DNA of 64,000 nt from Octopus sinensis (taxonomy: Eukaryota). A model generated the notes under the pieces. It worked only from the letters and a program-made list of their open reading frames with translations, was not told the origin of the DNA and searched no databases. The DNA lies in the NCBI RefSeq assembly GCF_006345805.1, contig NC_042997.1, positions 89,342,001 through 89,406,000 on the forward strand, given 5' to 3'. Positions within the stretch are counted from its first letter, which is position 1, and each line of letters opens with the position of its first letter. The position numbers were made by a program, and so were the translations under genes. Shown here one piece after another: positions 48,251 through 60,872 of this stretch.

Positions 48251-50354
48251 ATGTAACTGTTGCTTTATTTATTTTTTTATTTAATTTTTATGTAATATAA
48301 TATGTAATATGATATAGCATGGTCAAATAGTTTAGAAGTTTGCTTTGTAGTTCCACAGTTCCAGGTTCAATCCCAATACACTGCATTTTGGGCAACTCTT
48401 TTATCTTAGCCTCAGGTCAACTGAAACCATGTGATTGAAATTGGGTAGATGGAAACTGTGGAAAACCCTAACAAATGGATTGTACTTGTAATTTGAATGG
48501 AGAATGATAGGAAGAAAGAAGAGTAGTTAGAGGTTTGCTTATCTGAATTTTTCCATAGCCACGTCAAGAAAGATAGACGAGACAAAGATTGTGTGAGATA
48601 AATTTATGAAAGTTAGAAAACAGATGCAGATGGGGTTAGCAGAGAGAAAGAGTGTGTAAGACAGGTAGGAGAAATCATGGCAAAAGAAGAGAAAAAGATG
48701 CACAAAGTGTGTAATTACAGATGTTTATAAGAACAAGGTGCAGTGCTGTCACACAATCATGCTGATTCTACCTGAGAATTGTGTTAAGGATACACATGTT
48801 TTTGGAGTGTTCAACCATTTACATGCAAATTCAATGAGCATATTGTTCAGTTGTTCAAACAGTTTATTACTCATTGTTGAAACTGATAATGACCAATGTA
48901 TTTGTTTTCCCTACAACTCATATTCCAAATTAACGCTTCGTTGCAGCTATGCTTTTTTTTACAAAAGCTAGGTCTCTAAAGAAGTCTGGTTCTGAAAGTT
49001 CCATTAGAACACTGATGTTGGGCTATATTAACAATTACTGTTCCCTTAGTTTTACATGCCGTCAATGTTAAGATTGAGTAACTGCTGGTTGAATATTAGC
49101 TGATCTTTATTTGCTAATGTCTACACCTTTGGAGAATTACATACATATGTATATATGTGTCCCTTGCAACCCTTTTCAGCTGAGCATCCCTAATCTTGCA
49201 GGCTCATAAGTGTTGGTGCCATGTAAAAAGCACCCATACCAGTGCTGCGTAAAAGCACTCAGTATATTCTATAAAGTGGTTGGCATTAGGAAGGGCATAC
49301 AGCCATAGAAACCATGCCAAAACAGACATGGAGCCTGAACAGCCCTTCAGGTGGTCAGCATCTGTCAAACCGTTCAACTCATGCCAGCATAGAAAATGGA
49401 TACAAAAATGATGATGATGAGGAGGACATGCACATACATACACACATGTGTACATAGTTTAATGACAATCATATTACAAACCAATGATCATGACATGGGA
49501 GCTATGTGTGAAGGTAGTAATAGTCAACATTCATCAGAAAGATAGTGTATGGATTTTGTATGAACAGAGTGAGGAGGAGGGAGAGAAAGGTTACTGCAGA
49601 AGTCCTGATTGCAAAATCTTTTAGGAAAGGGTAAAAATAAAATTATAAATAGAGAAATATTATCATTAGCAGGAGTTTACGAGTGCAAATTGGAGGAAAA
49701 ATCAGTTTGGAAATCCAGTTCAGAAAGGACAAAGCATTATAAATGTAGAAAGAGGAAGGGAAAGAGAAAAGGGGGAAAATCTTCCAAGCAGCAGCTGGTG
49801 AGAATGCCAGATACTGATAATCCCCAAATAAGAAGAAATGCATCTGGCATTCTTGCCAGCCACTGCTAGGATGATTCTCATCTGCCTCCAATATATATTG
49901 CATTTTTAAATGCAGCTTGTCTATAAGAAATACCCCTGGAAGAATACTGCAATAAATTTGCTTTAGGTGATGTATTTACATTAAGTGTGATACACAGATG
50001 GCTATTTTAATCCAATACTGCTTTTTTTGCATGTAACAGATATATACGTACATATGCTTGTGTTTGTCCCCCCCACCACCACCATTGCTTGACATCTGGT
50101 GTTGGTATGTTTACGTCCCCGTAACTTAGCAGTACAGCAAAAGAGACCAGTAGGATAAGTACTAGGGTCGATTTGTTCGACTGAAGGTGGTCCTCCAGCA
50201 TGGCTGCAATCAAATGACTGAAACAAACGAACAGAAAAAGAATATATATATACATACAGGCATGGCACTGGCACCTTGGGAAAGTGTTTTCTACTATAGC
50301 ATCAGGCCGACCAAAGCCTTGTGAGTGGATTTGGTAGACGGAAACTGAAAGAAT

Positions 50355-50632
50355 ATGGTTTTGTTATATGGCACCATATTTTATATTCCTGTAAATAATA
50401 ATAATGGTATTTTTATATAAGCTTAAATGACTGAGGAAAATAAGTCTAATAATGGAGTATATAAGCCCTGTGGATAGGAAAGTCTTTTTCCTGTCAAGGG
50501 CTTATATGCCCCGTTATGAGACTATTTTCCTTAGTCATTGCATGGTGATCTCCATAAGCTTTAAGCTTATATAAAAATACCATTATTATTATTTACGGGA
50601 TTGTAAAATATGGTGCCATATAACAAAACCAT
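50355..50632. mobile_element. Fold-back element interrupting a SINE
   Basis: atggttttgttatatggcaccatatttta ... taaaatatggtgccatataacaaaaccat with a second internal stem around a ~25-nt loop. Confidence 0.8.
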
Positions 50633-50907
50633 TCACACCGAAAGCATATAGAAAGTTTGTTTACATTAAAAAAAAATATACACTAACATAGTTCTTAAAT
50701 TTGGTAGAAACAAGGAGGCTAATTTGCTGGTGTAAAGGTAACACACTTAGTCACGTTAACAAAGGGATGTGGGTTTGTGTCCCATGCAGATAGGAAAGCC
50801 TTTTTTCTGTCAAGGGCTCATATGCCCCGTTATTAGACTATTTTCTTTAGTCATTGCACAGTGATAGCTTTAAGCTTATATAAAAATACCATTTATATAT
50901 ATATATA

Positions 50908-51090
50908 TATATAATATAATTCGAGACAAAACCACTATTTTAAAACCAAACAAGAAAAGACTTAATCAATACATAAAATTTTAATATAAATTAAATAATT
51001 TATTTAATTTATATTAAAATTTTATGTATTGATTAAGTCTTTTCTTGTTTGGTTTTAAAATAGTGGTTTTGTCTCGAATTATATTATATA
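50908..51090. repeat. Perfect 183-bp AT-rich palindrome (91-bp arms, centre 50999)
   Basis: Checked base by base: every position 50999-k pairs with 50999+k for k=1..91. Confidence 0.95.
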
Positions 51091-51559
51091 ATATTTTACT
51101 ATAAAATTGGATTTAACCCTAAATCTGATTTTTCCCTGTAATTTTGGATTCATTCCCTAATATTTATTATTATATATATATATATATATATATGTATATG
51201 GTCCAACCTATGCCAGTATGGACAACAGACGTTGAATGATGATGATATGCATGTGTGTCTTTGTGTTTGTTTCCCTCCACCCTGGTGTTGGTGTGTTTAT
51301 ATCCTGGTAACTTAACAGTTGGGCAAAAAAGACCAATAGAATAAGTACTAGGCTTAAAAAAAGTCCTAGGTGTGATTTGTTGAACTAAAACTCTTCAAGG
51401 TGGTATCCCAGCATGACTACAGGCAAATGACTGAATCAAGTAAAAGATAAAAGATTGTGTGTATGTATGTGTGTGTGCGTGCGTGTGTGTGTGTGAGGTT
51501 ATTCAGCAAGGTGTAATCCTTAGTGACTGGTGCAGCCTCATAATCATCTGCTACAATTA

Positions 51560-52800
51560 TAGAGGCATTAGATTACTGTACCAGGTGATAAAGTTGTGGA
51601 GAGAGTTATAACTTAATTAGGAACAGAATTAGACTAGATGCAATGCAGTTTGATTTTGTCCAGGGAAGAGGCACCACAGATGCTTTTTTCATAGGCAACT
51701 GCAATAGAAGTATTTAGCTAAGAACAAGCTGTTGTACTTGGCATTTGCTGATCTAGAGAAAGCCTTCGACAAAGTACCTTGCTCTGTGATATGGTGGTCT
51801 CTGAGGAAGCTAGGATTAGATGAATGGCTTGTGAAAGCAGTTAGTGTACATGTAGGTGTTCACCTAGGGTCAGTCCTCAGCATCCTCCTATTCATCATTG
51901 TCCTCCTGGTTGTAACAGAGGAATTTAAAACTGTGATCCCATGGGAACTATTATATGCTGATGATCTTGTCCTACTAGCAGAATCTGTAACAGAACTAGA
52001 AATGAAATTCCAGGTATGGAAACAGAACCTGGAGTGAAAGGGTCTTAAAGTAAACTTAGCAATGACCAAGGTCCTAGTAAGCAAGAAATCAGACAGAACC
52101 ATTCTGGTAAATGGCCTTGCATGATACGTAGAAAAGATATAGGCAGAAATTCCATTTAGTGTACTCAGTGCAAACTATGAACATACAAGAGGTGCAGAGG
52201 AATCAGTGTTCATATGTGGAAGATGTACAGGAGTCATAAAGTACCACAAATACATGGGATACTGATTTCCTTAAATGTCCCAGTTGCTCTCTGGAAGTTG
52301 TTGATAAATTCTGCTACCTAGGTTACCTAATTAGCTGTGGTGGAAATGTAATTGCTAGAATAAGAATAGGGTGGATAAAGTTCAGACAGCTTTTACCTCT
52401 GTTGGCAACCAAAGGCCTATCTCTCCAAGTGAAGGGAAGATTGTATGATGTATGTGTATAAATTGGGATGTTGCATGGTAGTGAGACATGGGACCCGAAT
52501 GCAGAGGTCATGTGAAGGCTGGAGAGGAACAAAGCTAGTGTGCTTGGCTGGATGTGCAGTGTCAGTGTGCATGAACAATAAAGCATTGGTGTATTAAGAA
52601 AGAAGTCAGTCTTAAGAGGAATTATATGCAGCATGCAAGAGAAGAGACAGTTGTATAAAAAACTTCTAATCACTTAAAGTGGAAGGAAGTTGTTGAAGAG
52701 GGACATGGTCCCAGCATGACATGGTACACAGTAATTGAAGGCTGATCTCAAAACACTGAACCTTATGAAGGAGATGATGGAGGACTGAGATGTGTGGTGT
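51560..52800 (+). mobile_element. Degraded RTE-clade LINE reverse transcriptase fragment with internal deletion
   Basis: YLAFADLEKAFDKVP, GVHLGSVLS, ELLYADDLVL, KFCYLG, RIRIGWIKFRQLLPLL, MLHGSETW; segment missing between LVKAV and SVHVGVH. Confidence 0.92.
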
Positions 52801-53269
52801 ATTGCTGTACTTGAGAAGACCTGCCCACCACAACAGAACTGAAATCCTAAAACTAAGGTATCATGTAAAAAGCACAGGTGCTAGTGCCACATAAAAAGCA
52901 TACATTTTGTGGAGTGGTTGGTTCAATAGCTAGTATTTGGGGGTATTAAATTCTCTTAAAACAATAGGTTTATATCCATTTAAAAGAAGAAAAGAAAATG
53001 GAGATTAGGAAGTTAATGATTGGTTATTATTAATAACAAATTAGTCATGAAACAGCTGTAAGAAGCGAAGATGACCAATTTGTTTATAATAAACAATTAT
53101 TAACTTCTTAATCACCATTTTCTTTTCTTCTTTTATATATATATGAACACTGATGTAAAATGTCTTCAGTAATGCCCTAAGGCATTTTGTCCTGCTCTTT
53201 ATTGATTTTAGCCATCTACTACATTTAATATAATCAAATAATTCTGCCATATATGTAAGGCCTGAACTT

Positions 53270-54330
53270 GGGGGTGGGGGCCTTGATTGGTACATAATTT
53301 ATCAATTTGTATGTTCAACCTCAAAAGGCTTCATATGCAGAGATCTAGTTACTGGAAGCTAAACGCATCACTCCTGGTGTACTAAGCTTACAGAGACTAA
53401 ATTAGTGAATTAGCTAAGTAGGTGTATTGATGGGAACAGTCGTCAACAACAAATGGTGGTTCACCCTGACAAAAATGATTAGAGTAGAAACAATAAAGTT
53501 TGGTGAAGTTATAACGAAGAGAAAATTAAAATAGGAAGTGACTTAGAAACATTGAAAGAGGCACTGAAGGAAGGCATTACAACTGATGTGGTCATGGTGA
53601 GATCATCCCTTGACCAATTCTTCAATGCAAAGCATATAAAAACTGCATTTTTAGAGCTAAGGTGTGAGCTTTAAGATACAAGAGGATGAAAGCTGTTCAA
53701 TGGGCCTGGTGGCAGAGGCACAAATTGCCAGCAAAGCCATAATCTGATCTTTGATAAAACATAATGGGTGCATGTTACTTGATCCTATGCAAATGTGTAC
53801 AACTTTTCAATAGTACTCTGGTTGACTGTTCAGAACAAATGGTAGCTTCGAATGCAAGATGGATTTCACTACCTACTTTGATGGCCTGTTATGGCTCCTG
53901 GCAAAAGAGGCTGAGCTCAAAATTTTGGCCAAGATGTTTGTAAAGAGGTTGGTGCTTGTCATTGGTAGTCTAATTGGTGATGCACAAACATGATAGTGTA
54001 ATTGGTGATGCGCAAACATGCAACATGCCAAAATGATCTATCCATGCCTTCACCTTCACCATATGCAATTCATGCAATACATCATTGAGAGTGTGGGTGA
54101 AAAACCTGACACAGATAGGATCCTGATCAATTTAAACCAATCGAAATGTTTCAATGGGGTTGACCACCAATACTCAGGTGGTTGTTTTTATGGCAGCTGG
54201 TTTTGATCCTGTCTTCCATGTATGGATTGTCATAATGTAATGTACATTGATATCTGCTTGGTTGTTAGAGTAAATGGTTGACTTTGGAACTATTCAAGCA
54301 CCATGAACTTAATCTATTGAGATTGCTTCC
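53270..54330 (+). mobile_element. Degraded L1/Tx1-like LINE ORF2 fragment
   Basis: SYWKLNASLL (end of endonuclease, ~53350), AKMFVKRLVLVIGSLIGDAQT (~53930) and LINLNQSKCFNGVDHQY (~54120; cf. LDQxKAFDRVDH). Many indels. Confidence 0.75.
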
Positions 54331-54345
54331 TCTCATTTCTGTGTA

Positions 54346-56874
54346 CAGTAGTCCTCCAGTATTCACTGGGGTTATGTTCCTAGAGCACCTGGGAATAGTG
54401 AAAAACCGCGAATATTGGAAGTGGTCCAGAAAAATGCCTATAAATGTCAAAATATAACGTAAAATATAATATTTAATAATAATTGAATAAAAATTAAAGT
54501 AAAATGTACTGTTGCTCACCAATAATGAATGCTATTGGTTTAAGAAAATGATGATGAAAATAATGAAGGTAATGACTGCACAGCATAGAAGATTTAAAGC
54601 TCTTTAAGTGATGCCTTTTCTTTAGGTGTTTTAGGGGATATCATATCTTTGTGTAAGGCTTTCTTGGTGGGCTTGAGGAACAGTGTGATGGGAAGTTGCT
54701 GTCGTTTCTTCATGGTGGCGAGGAGAGTTTTATATGTCGGCATGGCAGCATCGATGGCGTTTTTAAATTGGAGAGACTGAACCATATAGAGATCCCATGC
54801 TTCCACCTTCCCTTGCAATTCCTTTGCTGTCCTTAAAAGTTTAGACAGACATTCGATTGCTAGGCCCACCTCATCTTCCTCTTCCTCCTCCTCTTCGCTA
54901 ACAGACTTTGTTAACTCCAACAAACCTCATCTGTCAGGGTTTCAGAGTGGGCATTAATGAGGTCATTGACCTCATCTTGTGTGACATCATGAAAACCTTC
55001 GCCACTAAGTACCTTTGCCTGTTTCACAGCATTGTTGACAGCCACGTGTCCTTTCATGTCTTTAAGAGCAGCATGGATGACTGATAGGCACGTTGTGATT
55101 GTGAAGTTACACCAGTACTCCTTTAACTCGAAATTCTCGTCTGAATCCATTGCATTCACAAGGTGTTGGAGGGAGTTCCAAGTGTAAAGTGCCTTGTAGG
55201 CACGAATCATGCCTTGATCCATAGGCTGGATGAGGGAGTTAGTGTTGGCAGGGAGGGACTTGGCTTGAACTCCTTTGTGATTCAAATCCAAAGAGTGACC
55301 ACCAGCATTATCCATAACAAGCAACACCTTGAATTCCATGCAAACATTTTGGAGGTATTCCTTGGCTTGAGGGATGAAGCATTGGTGGAACCAATTCAAA
55401 GTTAGACTTTTGGTAATCCAGGCCTTGGGGTTGTACATCCAGTGAACAGGCAGCAGATTTTTATTCTTATTTTTGAAGGGTTTGAGGACTTGTAGTTAAA
55501 TCTTGGATTCATCATGAAGCCAGCAGCATTGTGACATGTAATTAGCATCACTCTGTCCTTCTGTGCCTTAAATGCTGGGGCTCTGGTTTCATCTTTCATG
55601 ATGTATGTTCTGGAAGGTATCTTCTTCCAGAACAAGCCAGTCTCGTCCATACTTAAAAACCTGTTCTGGCTTGTATCCCTTGTCCTCGATGATCTACCTG
55701 AAGGTCTCAAGGTTCTTCTCAGTGGCTAAACAGACTTTATTTTAAACTGTTTCTGGAAATGGTCAAACCATCCCTTGCTGGTTTGAAAATCTTCAGGCTT
55801 CGGTGCTGTCAATGGTCTTGGTTGCGGTTCTTCGGTGCTTTCTGCTCCGTCTCCTGTCAAACTGCTGGTATAATTTCCACACAGATGATGTTACTGCTCA
55901 AGGGAATGTTTTTCTTCTTGCAGTCACTGATCCGCAATGCCAAGGCAGATTCCATCACAACAGTGTTTATTTCTCACTATCATTATCTTTTTGGCCGTTT
56001 CACAGAAACTTACTGCTACGGTGGTCCTGATTGCCACCTCGTTCTTCTTTATGTAGAGCATGGTGCTTTCATAGACAACATAATAGTGACCTACTGAAGC
56101 AAAACCTTTACCTTCCTGGAGCATATCTAGCAGTTGTGCCTTCTCATGGAGCGTCATAACGTTTTTCTGTCGCTTAGGTGTAGGGTGTTTGGGTGGCACC
56201 TTAAAGCTTAAATTACACTCTGCAAAAAACACTACTCAACAAAATACTGGGCATAGCTACTGGACGCAGTCCCCCCCCCCCAAAAAAAATCTTCATTGCG
56301 TCTAATATGCATATACCACCAATGGGAGATTAAGCAGTGATTAAAAATAATCATGGTTTTGAAAAATTTGGCTCATATTACCTCTAGATACAGTAATCTA
56401 TACTATAATAATAATAATAATAATAATGAGAGAGAGAGAGAGAGAGAGAGTAGCAAGTAACCTAATTTCAATGAAGCTTTATTGGCTCACGACCTTAAAA
56501 ATTATCTTGTTGAAATAAACATTGTGTATGGTAAAATGAAGCGATGATTTTTACAAAAACCCCTGGTAGCCTCTATACCAATTAGCAAGCTTTGATTGAA
56601 ATCAGGAATAAGAGATACAAGATACAATGTACTTGTATCTAAAAGAAATCAAGCGACTTGATGCGCGGCTATTCTTATCAGAGGGACCTTCAGCGAAGGG
56701 GCGTCCAGTAAACTGGAAAATACGATATATTATTATTAATAGTTTAGCCTTGAAAAGTGTGAAAAAGTATATATTGCCACGTAAAATGCCATAAAATATC
56801 GCGGATGATATTTCCGATTCTGCGAATATGCAGTGGTTTCCGCGAAAGCCGAACTGCGAATAAGTGGTACACTG
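54346..56874 (-). mobile_element. Probably full-length (2529 bp) Tigger/pogo DNA transposon, MER44/Tigger7-like ends
   Basis: TA|cagtagtcctccagtattcactggggttatgttcc at 54346 and ...gcgaataagtggtacactg|TA at 56874; both resemble Tigger termini, and transposase remnants lie between them. Pairing of the two ends is inferred because the TIRs are imperfect. Confidence 0.78.
54594..56199 (-). pseudogene. Tigger/TIGD1-like transposase pseudogene (CENP-B HTH plus DDE_1, DD30D)
   Basis: PPKHPTPKRQKNVMTLHEKAQLLDML (HTH), MDETGLFWKKIPSRTYI (D1), LLVMDNAGGH (D2), LIQPMDQG (D3; 30 residues after D2), acidic C-terminus; frameshifted. Confidence 0.93.
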
Positions 56875-57600
56875 TATATCCAACAATTATTTCCGTTTGT
56901 TGCCCTTGTTACATTTTTTGGAGAGAAATATTGTCGTTTATAAGATAAAATATGCAAAAGAATTTCTTCTATGTCACAGAAATGCCAAATCTCCAGTTAG
57001 TAGGGTTTCACCACCCAAACTGAAGAAATCTGAAGCATTTCCACAGCGCTATGACTTTCGATGAAATGATCACCCTAACTTTATGTCACTTTCTACACTA
57101 AGAAGGATTTTCATAGGCTAAAGAAGAAATTCTCTGAATTATTAGAGTTACAATAAAACTGGGTGAGGAAGTAAACACTGCAGTAGAATAAAATATTCGA
57201 AGACAAAAAACAAACCAAAATATAATCATAAAGAGCTAGTTGCATGAAATATTTGTTTATATTATATATACACTTCTATTTATACATTTGTTTATGGGTT
57301 GATGCTGCATTCAATATATAAATATATTTCTCCTGAAATTAAAATAACTGAATAGTGTTTGATTTCTATTAAAAATAACATGTAAATCAAATTGGAATGT
57401 TTTCTTTACTCCTTTAAGCTAAAGTCCACATTTGAATACGAAGCGATCAAGCAGAGCTAACTTTAAACGTCTTAATGTCAACTTTTCGCCAGACCCGATG
57501 TTTACGTCTCGCTTACTTAGGAAACGTTGGGTTTTAGCTGTGATATTCGCTTGTTCCTTTATCTATTTTATCGTCAGACTTTTGAGACCGGTAAGGCATA
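56640..57600 (+). promoter_or_regulatory. Probable SPRING1 promoter/5' region (locally CpG-retaining)
   Basis: CpG clusters at 56640-56720, 56780-56860 and 57430-57600 in an otherwise CpG-poor window, directly upstream of and within the first coding exon. TSS not identifiable from sequence. Confidence 0.4.
57498..57590 (+). CDS. SPRING1: First coding exon of SPRING1/C12orf49 (UPF0454) orthologue; type II signal anchor (MFTSRLLRKRWVLAVIFACSFIYFIVRLLRP)
   Basis: RLLRKRWVLAVIFACSFIYF closely matches my recollection of human RRLLRKRWVLALVFGLSLVYF; basic patch plus transmembrane helix; CCG|gtaagg donor in phase 0. No further exon recognised before the window end. Confidence 0.85.
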
Positions 57601-57966
57601 TCTATATTTACTATTTATTTTACTCACCTCCATTTAATAACCTTTATTTATGATTTTCTTTAGCCTGCTGTTTGTTTAATGGTAGTGGGAATCTTCTCGC
57701 ACCAATTGGATCCATGCCAGTAAAGAGCAGACGTCGATCAAAAGACACCATCTAATCACTAAAACACACTTGATATAAAATTGAAATCTTTGGATTCAAT
57801 CCCATATCGAAAATACACAATATTCTCTTTACATAGAATCTTTCTATTATTTTAGTACGTAGACATTAAATATCCGTCAATACATAATAACGATCATGCT
57901 TAACATAAGCGCAAGGCCACAAATTTGGGGAGGGGAACAATCGATTATATCGATGCCAATATCTAA

Positions 57967-58030
<64 letters not shown>

Positions 58031-59782
58031 TATATATTTTTTATATCTTTGCTCTTTAATTTCCAAGCACACACTACCAAAATTTATATATGGTAAATTT
58101 TATTTTAGCATTACATTCGCATCCTTGATTAGTTTATTTTTTCTAGAAGTTCTTTTATATAAATTTCGTTTTAATCACAATAAAGCGAAGAATGTGCATC
58201 GTTAGAATTAATATTTTGCTTTTATGTGATACCAACTCAAAAGAGTAAAATCTTCGACTTTCGCAGAGTCAGCTAAAAAACCTCCCCTTGACACATGTTT
58301 AAACATCTGGTGCTTTCTTAGCAGTAAATTGATCTTATAAATTTCGCTGACGTCTCGCTTATTATTGCTGCGTTTATAGTCATTAATTACAAGCCATTTT
58401 TTAAAAACTTCTATTGAACAAAACACCATTGCAAATGATTGATCAACACATGTAGTTGGTAGTAAATAAATCCATTATTAACGAGTTGATATTGTTTTCC
58501 ACCCGAAGTCACCCACGTATGTATGTCTCCAAGAAAAGATTTGAGCTTATCTCTTTCATATAAGGTGGTTGTTGCTGTCGTAGCATTATCTTAGTTGCGT
58601 GATGAGCATATGTATATGTTTATATGTAACAATGATTTTTTGCATCGGTGCCAGAACTTTTGTGGGAAGGAACAGTCGATTTTATCGACTCTTGTGCTTG
58701 GTTGATACTTATTTTATCGACCTCCGATTCCAATAAACATAACTCGGAGTTGTTCAATTTACAGAAGCCCCCCCCCCCAGTCATACCTTATTGTTCTTAA
58801 CAAAAAGGTGAAACACATTAAATAATTTGGTCCTAAATATTACTATTCCTGATAAAATACAGCCAATGGTTAAAACTGGAATGCCTTTGATCTTAGGTTT
58901 GCTCAATCAGCAGGGGTTAAACAACATTAGTAAAGGTACTGAAAGTGTAATAATGTCCACCACAATAAGTTACTATAAACCCATAAAAATACATACAAGC
59001 ATACAAAATGGTTTCTAAATACAAAAATTATCTTATAAAAGGTAAACAAACAGTCGCACAGGGAATTGAACCATTTTAGTTTGACAATGAACGACAATAT
59101 TCTTAGCCAGAATATTTCTGTTTACAAAAGTAATATTTAATACAGATAGAACAGTGCTTATCAAACGTTCGCTTCCTTTTTCAAAGCCCCTTTGCTGTAA
59201 TTGTACGTAATTATATACACCGCAAAAACTTGCTGCCGATGGTTGATCACTATTAAAAGACTATTTGGAATGTAAAAAAAAAAAAAAAGGTTTCGACCAT
59301 TAATATTACCAGATGCTTCGCACACAGATTAAAATTGAAAATTGAAAGATGAATCTACAATCTCCTTACCGCCCCTTTAGTCCTAGTATCCACATTATCC
59401 CCGTCCCAGAAGGTAGAATTGTTCATTTTGAGTAGCACCGCGATAAAGTGCCCTTAACTAAGTTTCAAAACAAATAGACTTTGAATTATCCTCCACCCCT
59501 AACAAACAGAAAAGAAAATAAGATAAAGAAATAACTGTGAGGTCGTCCTATTTGTTCTACTGCTTCCAAAATTTTAATCATTAAGTTTTAGACAGCAAAC
59601 CAAAACACGTTCAGTTCAAATGCAAATATTTCAGAATGCTTCTCATAACGAAACAAGAGCAGTTTATTTAAAAGTGTTATTCTAAAAATGTATTTAAACA
59701 TTGTCTGTTATGAGAAGTATGTTACTTGTCATTATTGTTTACTCTTAGGTCAACCCTGATTGAGTAGACCTATGATCTAAGG

Positions 59783-59870
59783 CAGTGGTTCCCAACCTGT
59801 GGTCTGCGGAACCCTGATGGTCTGTAAAGGTAGTACTGGGGGGGGGGTCTGTGAACTAAATTCAAAATTT

Positions 59871-59910
<40 letters not shown>

Positions 59911-59989
59911 GATAAGCATATTAAAAGGGGTCTATGGGAAAACTCATTTAAATAACTCATCTTGGTAGTGGAAAGGTTGGGAACCACTG
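59783..59989. mobile_element. hAT MITE in SPRING1 intron 1
   Basis: TIR cagtggttcccaacct / aggttgggaaccactg; perfect TSD atctaagg. Confidence 0.92.
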
Positions 59990-60872
59990 ATCTAAGGTAT
60001 TCTAACCATGACCATCTCATCTTTTCTCTATGCGCAGGGTTCCTGGACCACATTATCTAATTGTCTTTTCTAAGACATTCAGGAGAATAGCCTGCTATTT
60101 CTAACGGAGTGAGCCGCCATGTAGCGGCTCCCTAGTTGGCTCGTACGTTATTTATCATTCAATATGGTGTTAGCTCTGTCCTGTTACTTAGCCTTAAGCT
60201 AGTCTTTGAATGAACAAACTTGTAATCAAAGGAGGAGCTTCAAGCTAGTTTTGATTGATTAACCTTATTATCAAAGAAGCTCCAGCTGTGACCATCTTAC
60301 ATTTTTATTGTTTTTGTTTTTGACGAACACAAAGTATTTAGTGCTACATATTCAACGTATTGTTAGTTTTTAAATAAAGTGTGATTAAGGAGAGTTGACT
60401 ATTTTTCCTAGCAGATCGATCGACTACATTGAGGGTTCCTCATTGGTTTGCTTCTTGTCTTATTTGGGGTCTGGAAGTACAGAACTATCATGTTTTGTGT
60501 CACTTATTTTGGATTATAAGTATCATGACCCCTGTGATGTTTAGATAAATTAAAAAAAACTTTTTGGTTTTTTTAATTTAAACATGTAACATGTTAAAAT
60601 TTATAAGGTAATATTCACCAATGTAATGAACCTTTTATCACACAGGCTAGGCCATTTATATACAACACAATGTTGGAGATATAACTCAAGTTTAAAATAT
60701 ATCAGTTGCTAGTATGGGTTGAACAAAGCCCTAGGTGTGCACACTGCAATAAAGTAGTCTGACAAGAAACTTCTGATCCAAGAGAGCCCATTATCAACTT
60801 AGCTGTCTCTCAAGACTGAGCCAAAGACTTAACTTTGCTGATGTCAAGAGCAACAATGTTGCCTTGTTTTAA

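Noticed and set aside
49609-49903. Lys/Arg-rich ORF resembling a nuclear localisation segment
   Set aside because: Purine-rich intergenic sequence with no splice signals or homology.
57432-57497. Upstream in-frame extension of SPRING1 from a TTG
   Set aside because: Non-ATG start and no resemblance to the known N-terminus; more likely 5' UTR.
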